DNA of 55,702 nucleotides, from the NCBI GenBank assembly GCA_009602735.1, contig WELA01001425.1, positions 5,501-61,202 on the forward strand. Direction: 5' to 3'. Below the pieces are notes generated by a model that saw nothing but the letters and a program-made list of their open reading frames with translations, made no database searches and was not told the DNA's origin. Shown here piece after piece: positions 1 to 10,000 of this stretch (positions are counted from its first letter, which is position 1; every line of letters begins with the position of its first letter). This DNA is from Mesotaenium endlicherianum (lineage: Eukaryota). A program made the position numbers and the translations under genes.

Positions 1-349
1 CCCCCCCCAGCATCCCCCTCAGTCCCTGGCATCCTCCTCCTGGCCCGCTTGCAACCGGTTGGTTCGCAGAGTCGTCTGCTGCCATGCCTTAAGCAGCTAT
101 GACGCTCCCGTGCCAACAACGAGCGCAGTCAATGCACCTAGGGGCTCTCCGCCCTTTCTCTCTCTCCAATAGCCGTCGATGAGTGCACGCGCGGCACGCT
201 CTAGCGGCAGGATGTCTTGAACCCCATCCGGAAGCAGACCCTAGGGAGGCTTGCTCGGGCCTCGACACATGGCCGGGCGCGTGGCGGCCATGTGAAGGGG
301 CCCTTGGGAGCATCACTGAGAGCGTCCCAGAGAGACGGCAAGACTGTCC

Positions 350-391
350 TGCTGCTGCTGCTGCTGCTGCTACTACAACTACTACTGCTGC
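350..391. repeat. (CTG)n/(CTA)n trinucleotide microsatellite in a PAB intron
   Basis: ctgctgctg...ctactacaactactactgctg is visible directly. Confidence 0.8.
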
Positions 392-431
392 GTGAGGAAG
401 GAAAGAAGGGGAGGGGAGGGCGTGTTCACAC

Positions 432-3351
432 CTTCTTCATCAAGAAAACGTCGAGCTTGGGCACGCCAGACTCCACAAAGGCGCCAGCTATGTACAGCTT
501 CCGGCCTCGCTTCTCCAGAGCCGCCGCCATGGGCCCGGGGCTCCCTCCCCCCCCCGCCGCATCTTCCTCTGCCAGCGCTCTCTTCACGTACGCCTCTATC
601 TGCTCAGCCCCTCTCAACCCCCTCGCACACTAGAGCTAGTGTGAGTAGCCAAGAAGTAGACACAGAAAATAAAGTAGAAGCGTCCATGTGCAATGCCTCA
701 GGGGGGAGGTGAGCCAAGAGCTACCCTCCTCCCAGTAGTGGGCGACACCCGACTTGATCTGGTTCCGCTCTGAGATATGCAGCGAGTGGAGCATACGAAG
801 TGACTGCGAGAGCTTGGTCATCGTGTCTGAAGGGGCGCACGTGCACACATCGCTCCGCTCTGAGTTTGTGCTGGGAGAGAGACGAAAGAGAGCAAAGATG
901 GAGCGAAAAAGGTCAAAGACGGAACGAGAGACGTTAGGGAGGGAGCGATATGGGTCAAAGATGGAGCAAGGGGGGTTGAGCACGGAGCGAGGGCGGTCAA
1001 AGAGGGAGCAATATGGGCCAAAGATGGAGAGAGGGGACACAGACGGAGAGGTGAGTACCGTCTTAGAGAGGAGGATGACGCCGGACTTGTGCACGCGCAC
1101 CACGGGCATGTCCATGCTGCAGAATGAAGGAAGCAACAATTTGACGACGCACGAGTCTGGCTCAATTTGATTGACACCACAGGCATGTTCATGCTGCAGA
1201 GCGGAGAACAACTTGCGGCTTAAGAGAAGCTGAAGTCGTCCTTTAGCCCCACACACTCTGGTGAGGTCCTCGCCAGGGGTATGGTACCTTTGATAAATTC
1301 TAGCATTAAAATGTGTACACAAGCATAACGTATACTGATGTACATATACATGGCACATACTTTAACTACTTACATGTATATATATGTATATATACATACA
1401 TACTATATATTTGTATGTATGCATGTATACATGGACGGACATAGACAAAAATAATTCGCAGAAGATGCAGACGTGGGCCATGTGACAGCTGTTGCATGCA
1501 CCCTGGCAGGCCAACTACTCAAACCTCAAAGGTGGCCCCGTGAGTAAGTTGAGCAGAGTGATTCCAAGCACACTCTTCACGCGATGAATACATGCATGCA
1601 TGCATATGCTGTGCCTTCTGACCTTCCCGAAACCTGAATTCCAACCTGCTATCAAAGTGAGAGTCACAGCCTGACAGTCGCATATTTGCACGAAGGTCCA
1701 ATGCATCGTCAGATAGTTCGGGAGGTGAGAGCTACCCCTCAGGAGCCGTGGGCCATCTTAGCAGGGCCGTCACCTCGCCTGTCATGATCGCAGGTAATGA
1801 AGGGGGAGAGGAAGAAACCGAGAGCAGCGGAAAGAAGCGGATAAAATACCGGTGGAGATCAGAGGAGGAGGGCATAAGAGAAAATGCCTACAGCCCCGTT
1901 CTGCCTCCCCTACATGCATCAGAAACTACAGGTGACACAAGAACGTTCTTGATCAAGCACCTACTGCCCACAAGTCTTCATCACGCAAGTAAGATACAGC
2001 GTGCACGTACTTACTTATTGCCATACACGTACTTATTGCCGTGCACATGCTCATCTGCAATCGAGCAGACTTGAGCAGACGTAACACTGTGTGCTGGATC
2101 AACGCTTCTTGTTAGTAAGAGTGCAGGTGGCTGACGCACAATCTGATGCCACGAGGAGCAGGGCCATAACAGCAACCACAGCTTGCTGGGAGCTAGCCTC
2201 GAGGACCCTAGACCCCACAAGGGACCCAGAGCCCCCAGATGGAGATGCTCAGCTCCTCAGTACCGCATAATTTCAGGAAACCCACTCAACAGAAAGGGCT
2301 TCTACAAGCAGATAGATTTCTCAGACTAGGAGCGACTCGGCGGGATCTGGCGGGGTATGGCAGGATCTGGCGGGATGTGGCGGGATCTGGCGGATTTTGC
2401 GCGGGATGGATCATGGAGCAGGAAGGGGGGTGATGAAGGGTGGTGAAGGGCAATGAAGGGTGGCGAAGGGCGATGAAAGGGTGGCAAAGGGTGGTAGAAG
2501 GCAAAGTTGTCCTTACCTGTGGTAGGGTTCACAGTGAGGGGAATGGCGAGGGGCAACATGCCCCTTCGATCGGCCGGGGACGTCGGCTCCTCGCCTGACA
2601 GGTCCCTGTGTTCCATAGCAGTCAGCTCAGCCATGATTTGAACAGCCTTCTTCCCAGCAAGAAATGTTTTCCCCCCTTGTATCTTCAGAGGCACGACATA
2701 CACCTTCCTCACTGGCATATCGAGACTTGAGACCAGCCAAGTTAAGAGTGGCCACTTTAAGAGCAGCTACTTTGAGAGCACCCATTGTTCAAAGAAGCCA
2801 GTTCAGACCAGTCCCAGACAGAGGCCAGGCTGTAAAAAGCTCTTGTGATGGTCACACCTTTCAGTTTGAGAATATCAAGGAGGGCCGGAAGTAGAGGTGG
2901 CGGCTCCACACCAGCTACATCCTTGACAAACGTCTTGTGATCTGGATTGTGCAACAGTACCAGTCAGCTCCTATGTCTGGTCTGCTTGTTTTATCGCGAC
3001 ATCATGTAACTTAAAGAATGCTGATCACGCCTCAACACGAGCTGGATAATAACTCTGCATGCCAACCCCTGTACCTTGAATAGTTACTGCCTGGGCAGCA
3101 CATGGAACCGTCGATGAGTGTCTAGCTTGATGCTTCTTGCATGTAAGGAACTGAACTACATTGCGCTGGCTAGATAAGTACGACACACTACTTAGCGATG
3201 AAGATCTTAGTGACTGAGCTGCATAATTTAGGGCACAACTGAGCTGGCATGTCTGAGCATATTTTTTTGCGTGGCTGACAGAGAGGCAAGGGGCACAATG
3301 CAGTGCCGTCACAAATGTCCTCTCAACCGAGGCTTGCAATGCCACCACCAT
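432..3351 (-). CDS. PAB: Protein in chloroplast ATPase biogenesis (PAB)-like, 5' part; exons 3351-3075, 2941-2858, 2594-2517, 1778-1736, 1116-1059, 599-432; 3' exons lie outside the window or were not found
   Basis: Exons join in frame through GT-AG introns (phases checked by hand). The product is an S/A-rich transit-peptide-like N-terminus, then DHKTFVKDVAGVEPPPLLPALLDILKLKG-EEPTSPADRRGMLPLAIPL...GEVTALLRWPTAPEGMDMPVV...LLSKT-IEAYVKRALAEED...KLYIAGAFVESGVPKLDVFLMKK. This matches my recollection of plant PAB motifs (HVSFIKDVA, GLIPLAIPL, TALLRWPTAP.GMEMPVV, HRILVEED, LDVYLLKK). Confidence 0.85.
885..1035. repeat. Degenerate ~21-bp tandem repeat (GGTCAAAGATGGAGCGA-like) in PAB intron 5
   Basis: Recurring caaagatggag/ggtcaaag at about 21-bp spacing. 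Confidence 0.6.
2337..2502. repeat. Two adjacent degenerate 10-bp tandem arrays (GGCGGGATCT; GGTGATGAAG-like) in PAB intron 3
   Basis: Directly visible 10-bp periodicity. Confidence 0.65.
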
Positions 3352-3811
3352 GATATGACGATGCCTTAGTACTACCGAGGTACAGCTTGTCCAGCGCTAA
3401 TTCCAGACAGTCAATGGTGGTTTCTGAGCAGCCTTGCAGTTGCATGCAGTTGCTGTCACCTCACCTCAGTCTTGTTACCTCGTGTACTTCCCAGCTCTCT
3501 AATCTTCACTTAACTACGTCTACATGGACGGGTGCACTCGAGATGTATTTCTGAGTGTTTCCCGAATGGCCAAAATTGGCCAAACTTGGCCAAGATGAAA
3601 CGTATATAGAAGCTGCCGACAATTGCAGCCTGCATCGACGGCACTTCGTGACCACGTTTGCTGCATCGACGGCTGGGCAACTTTCAGGTTCGAAGAGAGC
3701 TCCCCTCTCACACCAGCGTACTTGAGACATGAGATAGCCATGATGGCTCTCCTCTTTGCGTAGCAGCGCTGCACAGCTTGTTTAGCTCGTGCCCCTGTGG
3801 AAGCTACAGCC
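3352..3811. promoter_or_regulatory. Short bidirectional promoter/5'UTR region shared by divergent PAB and RPL22
   Basis: The start codons are only 460 bp apart, head-to-head. The region contains TGGCCAA x3 at a 10-bp period (3567-3593) and CTGCATCGACGGC x2 (3630, 3661). Confidence 0.55.
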
Positions 3812-5503
3812 ATGGCTCCTCTCGTGAAGAAGGCTCCGGCCGCTGGCTCTAAGGGAAAGAAGAAGGCCATTACCTTCACCATTGACTGCTCGAAGCCCGT
3901 GGAGGACAAGATTATGGAGATTGCGTCTTTCGAGAAGTTCCTGCAGGACAAGGTCAAGGTGGACGGCAAGGCAGGAGTTCTGGGTGATGACGTTAAGATT
4001 GCCCGTGACAAGAGCAAGATTACCGTCACTTCTGAGAGCGCCTTCTCGAAGAGGTAAGCTGCAAGTGACCCCCAGCTTAACCCATAACTTGGTGGCAGTC
4101 AGGGGAAACCGAGCAAGCAAGATCAGTGGCTCATATACTCGTGTTGTAAAATTATGTTTGGGTGTACAAGGGATATGCAGTTTGTTCGTGTCACTGAATA
4201 GGCTGACATATTATGCTGATTAGGGTAAACCGAGCAAGCTCACACAGGTAGTGGCCTGTAAGAAAGCGTCCGTGTGTAGGGGTTTGCGTAAAGCACCATT
4301 CAATCCTGCTGTGCTGATCGTGCCAAACTGTCATCGTCAGAAGTTTCCCCCCTGGTGCTTGTGCATTAAGCACTCAGTCTTACGCTCAACCTGAGTGGGG
4401 GCCATTTGTGCAAGTTAGCCTGTCCTGACTGATATTGAATGAGTGGGAAGAGTTTATTGTAGTTTGTTGGTTCTTTATCCCTCCTCTTTCAAAACATTCC
4501 ACATATTCCATATCCTCATTCACCTTCTATGAAGGTTCCTGAGTGGAAATTTCAGATATAAAACGGGGTCGGAACAAGTACTGCCAGGGCATTGCATACT
4601 CTCTATTCATCTCACCTTGGATAGTGTTTCTATACGAGCATCTCCTCCATGTGATGCACTCTTGTTGAACCTCGAAATATGCATCCACAAAACCCGGGTG
4701 TTTCAAACGCAACAGTGTGAAGTCTGTTTACTTGCCTGTTGACATCTCAGACAAGTGCGGTGCATGTAACCTTGGGGTTTATACGAGATTATTAAGTATG
4801 TGTCAGTCTTAGTAGCCAGGTCGTTAAGTGGGGTTTTACCACTGCCAAGAGCTTAGTGAAACTTGACAGGTACGTGCGAGCAAGGATGTTATGCAGACAT
4901 GGGTTTGAAGGTGCAGTGTAGTAGCGGTCTGTGAGCAGATGGTTAGTATAAAGAGTTTACTGGGTGTGTAGACTTGTTACTGTGTTCTTTGGAAGGCTGG
5001 GAAAAGCAATCTTACGTTGGCCATTTCAGCTGCCTGAGCAGACACTTAGTTGCTCTCACCTAGTTGACACTCTAGGTGGCTTAGCTTTGCCAGGTCCTCT
5101 AGTGGAGTCTTGCAACGGGAGAAGCCTTGCGGTCCTCTAGTGGCAAGCCTTTTAGGGTTTGGTTTTTTTTCACACATGAAACCAGCAAGTGACTCTTCCT
5201 TCTAGCCTCAGCCACCAGGATTGTTGGCAAAGCACTGGGCTCTCCAGAATGTTGTCGTTTATATATCTTTGTTTGTCACATTTTGTAGAACCTTCCGGGT
5301 CATTTTATTTTTTTCAACGATTTTGTATTGGTTTTTGAATCATCTTTGAAATGTGCAGGTATTTGAAGTACTTGACGAAGAAGTACTTGAAGAAGCACAA
5401 CGTCAGGGATTGGCTGCGGGTGATTGCGTCCAACAAGGACAGGAACGTGTATGAGCTACGGTACTTCAACATTGCCGACAACGAGGGCGAAGATGAAGAG
5501 TAA
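3812..5503 (+). CDS. RPL22: 60S ribosomal protein L22 (eL22); exons 3812-4053, 5359-5503; 128 aa
   Basis: MAPLVKK...[42 protein letters not shown]...[42 protein letters not shown]...; AG|GTAAGC donor and TGCAG acceptor give an in-frame join. Confidence 0.97.
5153..5160. promoter_or_regulatory. Telo-box-like motif (TAGGGTTT) in the RPL22 intron
   Basis: Exact match to the AAACCCTA element known from plant ribosomal protein genes; a single 8-mer could be chance. Confidence 0.3.
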
Positions 5504-6708
5504 ATAGCGGCAGAAGCAGGAAGGAGTAGAGTATTCGGCTTCAAACTCGGGCATGTACTTTAGCACGAGCTTCTACTGGGACTTGGAGTGACGTCATTTG
5601 TCGGGGAAGGCGCTTAGGAGTGCGCCTGGTGTTGAAATGGACAGGGTGGCAAGCAAGGGATCATTGGGCCTTTTACACAAAACTCCTATTGGAGGTTAAC
5701 ATCATAGGTCAGCCGGTGTAGCTTACTATCTGGCGGTGTTGTATCTGCAATACGGTGATATTGCCACAGTTGTAATGAAAAAGCTTCATTCGTGCAACTT
5801 TGGCAGCGCCATGGAATAGTTCTGGTAATCTCAGTGGCGGTGTTGTTTTCCTGTAATATTGACTTTTCTAGGTGATCCCCTCAAAATCCAGCACGCGGGG
5901 AAAAGGTTGCGTGCTATGCACGACGCAACTGTGTAATTTGTATGGTTCGTTAGCTGGGTTCTGCAAGCTGTGGGTCATCTTTGTGTGCAGCAAAAGTTGA
6001 GCACAGAAGACCACAACTGGTTGGTTAAAATGGCTGCCTGCTATATCCAGCCGTGCAGCAGTGGGCACTGTTTACTAGCTTGTGAAGGCCACCCAAACAT
6101 GAGTAAAATTGGCATTCGAATTTCTAGATGAACTGCAATGTCAAATATAGGATTCATTATGCATGCCCGTCAAGTGGGACTACAAAGGCAGCAGAAAGCA
6201 ACATTAAATTGATGACTGTAACCTTTCTGACAGGCATTGAAATTGGAATGCCATGCAGACATTTTGGCAAGAAACACTGGCGTACCCTAATATGTAATAT
6301 AAAACATCATGAATTCACTATCTTGAGCCCTTCTAATGATTACTGCAGTGGGGTGTGAATAATTGAGGAAAGGTTATAAACAAATTCTAGACTTAATTAC
6401 TATCTCTTGTCCTACTTATTGCCTCCCACATCCCTGCCTCGACAGGATCAGTGTCTTCTAAAGCTGAAACACTGTTTTTGGTCACTCGTTCTGGGAAACT
6501 CTGGTCAGCTTATGTAGAAGTTATTATAAAGGTTGACATTAGAGTCGCTCTCAGATGCATACACTCCCCACTAGCCTCATGGTCATCGTTTCCAGCCTAC
6601 ACATACACGAGACACTTCCAGCAAAATATACACAGAAGTAGGATAAAACACGAGAGCAGCGCGACAACTACGGTACTGAGGAAGTGCACCCACAGACCCT
6701 GTCTGAGC

Positions 6709-7019
6709 TCACTCGAGCTTCACGTTGTTGCCCTCCAACAGCCCGTTGCGTATCTGCTCGGCCACGTCCCTCACGTGACCTGGGCCGTGCGGGACGAAGA
6801 TGGCGTTGCTCTTCGACTGCGCTCCAATGTCTCGCATCGTGTCGAAGTACTGCGTCACCAGGACCATGTCCAGGACGTCCTTGGGCGACGTCCCGGAGAC
6901 GTTGTGCGAGAAGGCGAGGACGCTCTCCCGCAGCCCGTCCACGATGGCCTGGAGTTTAAACAGAGCACGGAGACACAAATGTAGGGCTTGTAAGTCCTTC
7001 CTTCTACGACTCCTGCGTG

Positions 7020-7061
<42 letters not shown>

Positions 7062-10000
7062 TCTACGTGCGCGCGCGCACACGTGTGCGCCGGTGTATCT
7101 ACCTTACTGTGACGCCGAGAGGTACCCACAAAACGTGCATCCACATTCATCAGACACCCAATAGGGGCCGTCAGCCAGGGGTGGGCGCCGGGGATCCAAT
7201 GGGGAGGGCGAATGGGGGGGGACGNCCCAAAGGCTTGTACTCGCAGTCACATCCACACAGGACATCAGAGGGGGACTCTTACACCTGGCGCTGGTGGGCA
7301 CCTCCCATGCAGAGACCCAGACTTCCTTGCACCCGCGCACGCACACACACGCACACACACACACACAGAGGAGGAGTCGATGGGTGGGCGGGCAGATGGG
7401 TGGGGAGAGGGGGGTGAGACTTGTCCATCACCTGGCGCTGGCGGGGCAGCTCTTAACATCCGAGAGGCACCCAGAGAGCATGCATCCACATATCCACACA
7501 CACACACGCACACACACACAACTCCAAGAGAGGAGCGTCATCACACCTGCCGCTGGCAGACCACACCCACGCCCTAGAGGTACCCCGAGTAACATGCACT
7601 CACACATCCACACACACTCTCTCTCTCACACCCACACGCACACACACACACGCAAACTCCAAAAGAGGAGCGTCATAGTCGCACCTGCCGCTGGCGCGCC
7701 ACTCCCACGCCCGAGAGGTACTTGGACTCCGCCTCCGCCTCCGCGCGCTTCACCTGCAGGATCTTTTCCGCCTCCGCCCGCTCCTGCGCCGCCATCCTCA
7801 TCCTCTGGGCTGCGCGCGCCACCCCCGGGAGCAGCACCCTCAACACCCCCCCCCCCCNNNNNNNNNNNNNNNNNNNNNNNNNNNNNNNNNNNNNNNNNNN
7901 NNNNNNNNNNNNNNNNNNNNNNNNNNNNNNNNNNNNNNNNNNNNNNNNNNNNNNNNNNNNNNNNNNNNNNNNNNNNNNNNNNNNNNNNNNNNNNNNNNNN
8001 NNNNNNNNNNNNNNNNNNNNNNNNNNNNNNNNNNNNNNNNNNNNNNNNNNNNNNNNNNNNNNNNNNNNNNNNNNNNNNNNNNNNNNNNNNNNNNNNNNNN
8101 NNNNNNNNNNNNNNNNNNNNNNNNNNNNNNNNNNNNNNNNNNNNNNNNNNNNNNNNNNNNNNNNNNNNNNNNNNNNNNNNNNNNNNNNNNNNNNNNNNNN
8201 NNNNNNNNNNNNNNNNNNNNNNNNNNNNNNNNNNNNNNNNNNNNNNNNNNNNNNNNNNNNNNNNNNNNNNNNNNNNNNNNNNNNNNNNNNNNNNNNNNNN
8301 NNNNNNNNNNNNNNNNNNNNNNNNNNNNNNNNNNNNNNNNNNNNNNNNNNNNNNNNNNNNNNNNNNNNNNNNNNNNNNNNNNNNNNNNNNNNNNNNNNNN
8401 NNNNNNNNNNNNNNNNNNNNNNNNNNNNNNNNNNNNNNNNNNNNNNNNNNNNNNNNNNNNNNNNNNNNNNNNNNNNNNNNNNNNNNNNNNNNNNNNNNNN
8501 NNACCCACAACCCCCCTTCCTCGATATTCCCCCCAAAGCCTCGAAACCCCCCAGGGAGGAAAGTGGCCAGCACTGAATACATACTGGCAGAGGGCATGGC
8601 AGCAGACCAAGATGCATCACTACGCATCAAGACGTTGCAAGAGATACTCCCATCGACTCCCGAAGACCCAAAGGGGGACAAGAGAACGCAAGCAGCCTGC
8701 AGGCGCCCTCCGGCACACCGGCGCTATGCAAGCCACGCAAAGGCATACATGCCCCACAAGAAAGACACAAAAAGGAGGTGCTCTGGATGCTGCTACTGCA
8801 GATGCACGTGCTGCTGCTCCTGCAGCTGTTGTTGGTTGTGGTATAGGAGGGGCAAGGCGCCAGTGGCACCCACAGTGGGAGTGGGAGAGGGAGTGGAGGT
8901 GGGAGCGGGGGTGGGAGTGGCAGAGCTCAAACTAAGCTGAATACTACACACTGAGAAGGAGCGCAAGCCCCCAGAGAGCCCACACAGAGCAGACAGACAA
9001 AGATTATGCGCGTATTGACCAACCGAAAGATGCAGCCCCCGCCCACTGCCTTGCAAGCAGGCATCTCTCGAATTCACTGCTTGCCAGGAAGGGCGAAGGC
9101 CAAAGGGAAGAATAAACAAGAAAACTTGAGTAGTGCCGCCTGCAGAAGTGGCAGCAGATGCAGCAGTGCAGCCGCAATCCCAGCGGCAGCGGCAGCGGCA
9201 GCTGAAAGAGCAGCAGCTGCAGCCGGGACTTGGCAGCGGCGGCCGCATCGCTGCGGGAGCAGAAGAGAAGCAGCGGAGGTAAGAAAGCCCGTGTGGCGCA
9301 TGTGCGCACGCGCGCTCGCTCACCGGCATTGATGTCGTTCATGGCGCGCTTGACGGTGGCGTCGGGCTCCACGTCCACAATGAGCGTCTGCTGGATGGTG
9401 TACCCGTACGCTCCCATCACCTGAGCGCGCGCCGCGCCACACCCGCACCCAGCACCACCAGCACCAGCACCAGCACCAGCACCAGCACCAGCGTCAGCGT
9501 CAGCGTCAGCGTCAGCGTCAGCGTCAGCGTCAGCGTCAGCGTCAGCGTCAGCGTCAGCGTCAGTAGCGTAAGCACCAGCATCAAGAACCGGCATCGGCAT
9601 CGGCACCGGCATCGGCAAGAGGGCAGAGGGGAAACTGCACACAGAAGGCGCGAGCGGCCACAACAGACATGCCACAGAGCGTCCACCCCAGCCTGGCGCG
9701 CTAGCTCGTGCACGCTCGCGAACGCTCGCGAACTCACGTGTGCACTCACTCTCACGCATCTTCTGCTTCACGGTACCCAGCAACCCGGTAGACGGCAACC
9801 CACAGCTAGCGCTTGGCCCAGGTTGGGGTCCCAAGTAACGTCGCAGACTTGAACCTTTCACTTCCACGTCAAAGGGAGAGGCCTGGCCGCCCGCCCGCCC
9901 GCCCGCGCACAATGACGCACTCAATCTCGAGCGGGCTCATGAGGGTCGGCAGCGTGGCGCGCAAACCCTCGCAGAAAAAAGGGCGAGAGCAGCGAGCGGC

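Noticed and set aside
600..629. Alternative upstream acceptor (CTAG at 630) for the last visible PAB exon
   Set aside because: It is in frame but adds 10 residues not expected from the PAB alignment; the acceptor at 600 fits better, though this is not excluded without RNA data
4054..5358. Intronic snoRNA in RPL22
   Set aside because: I found no convincing C box (RTGATGA)/D box pair with a terminal stem by eye
7294..8940. Long ORFs spanning N-runs (also near 11204 and 49341-50627)
   Set aside because: Their length is an artefact of untranslatable Ns
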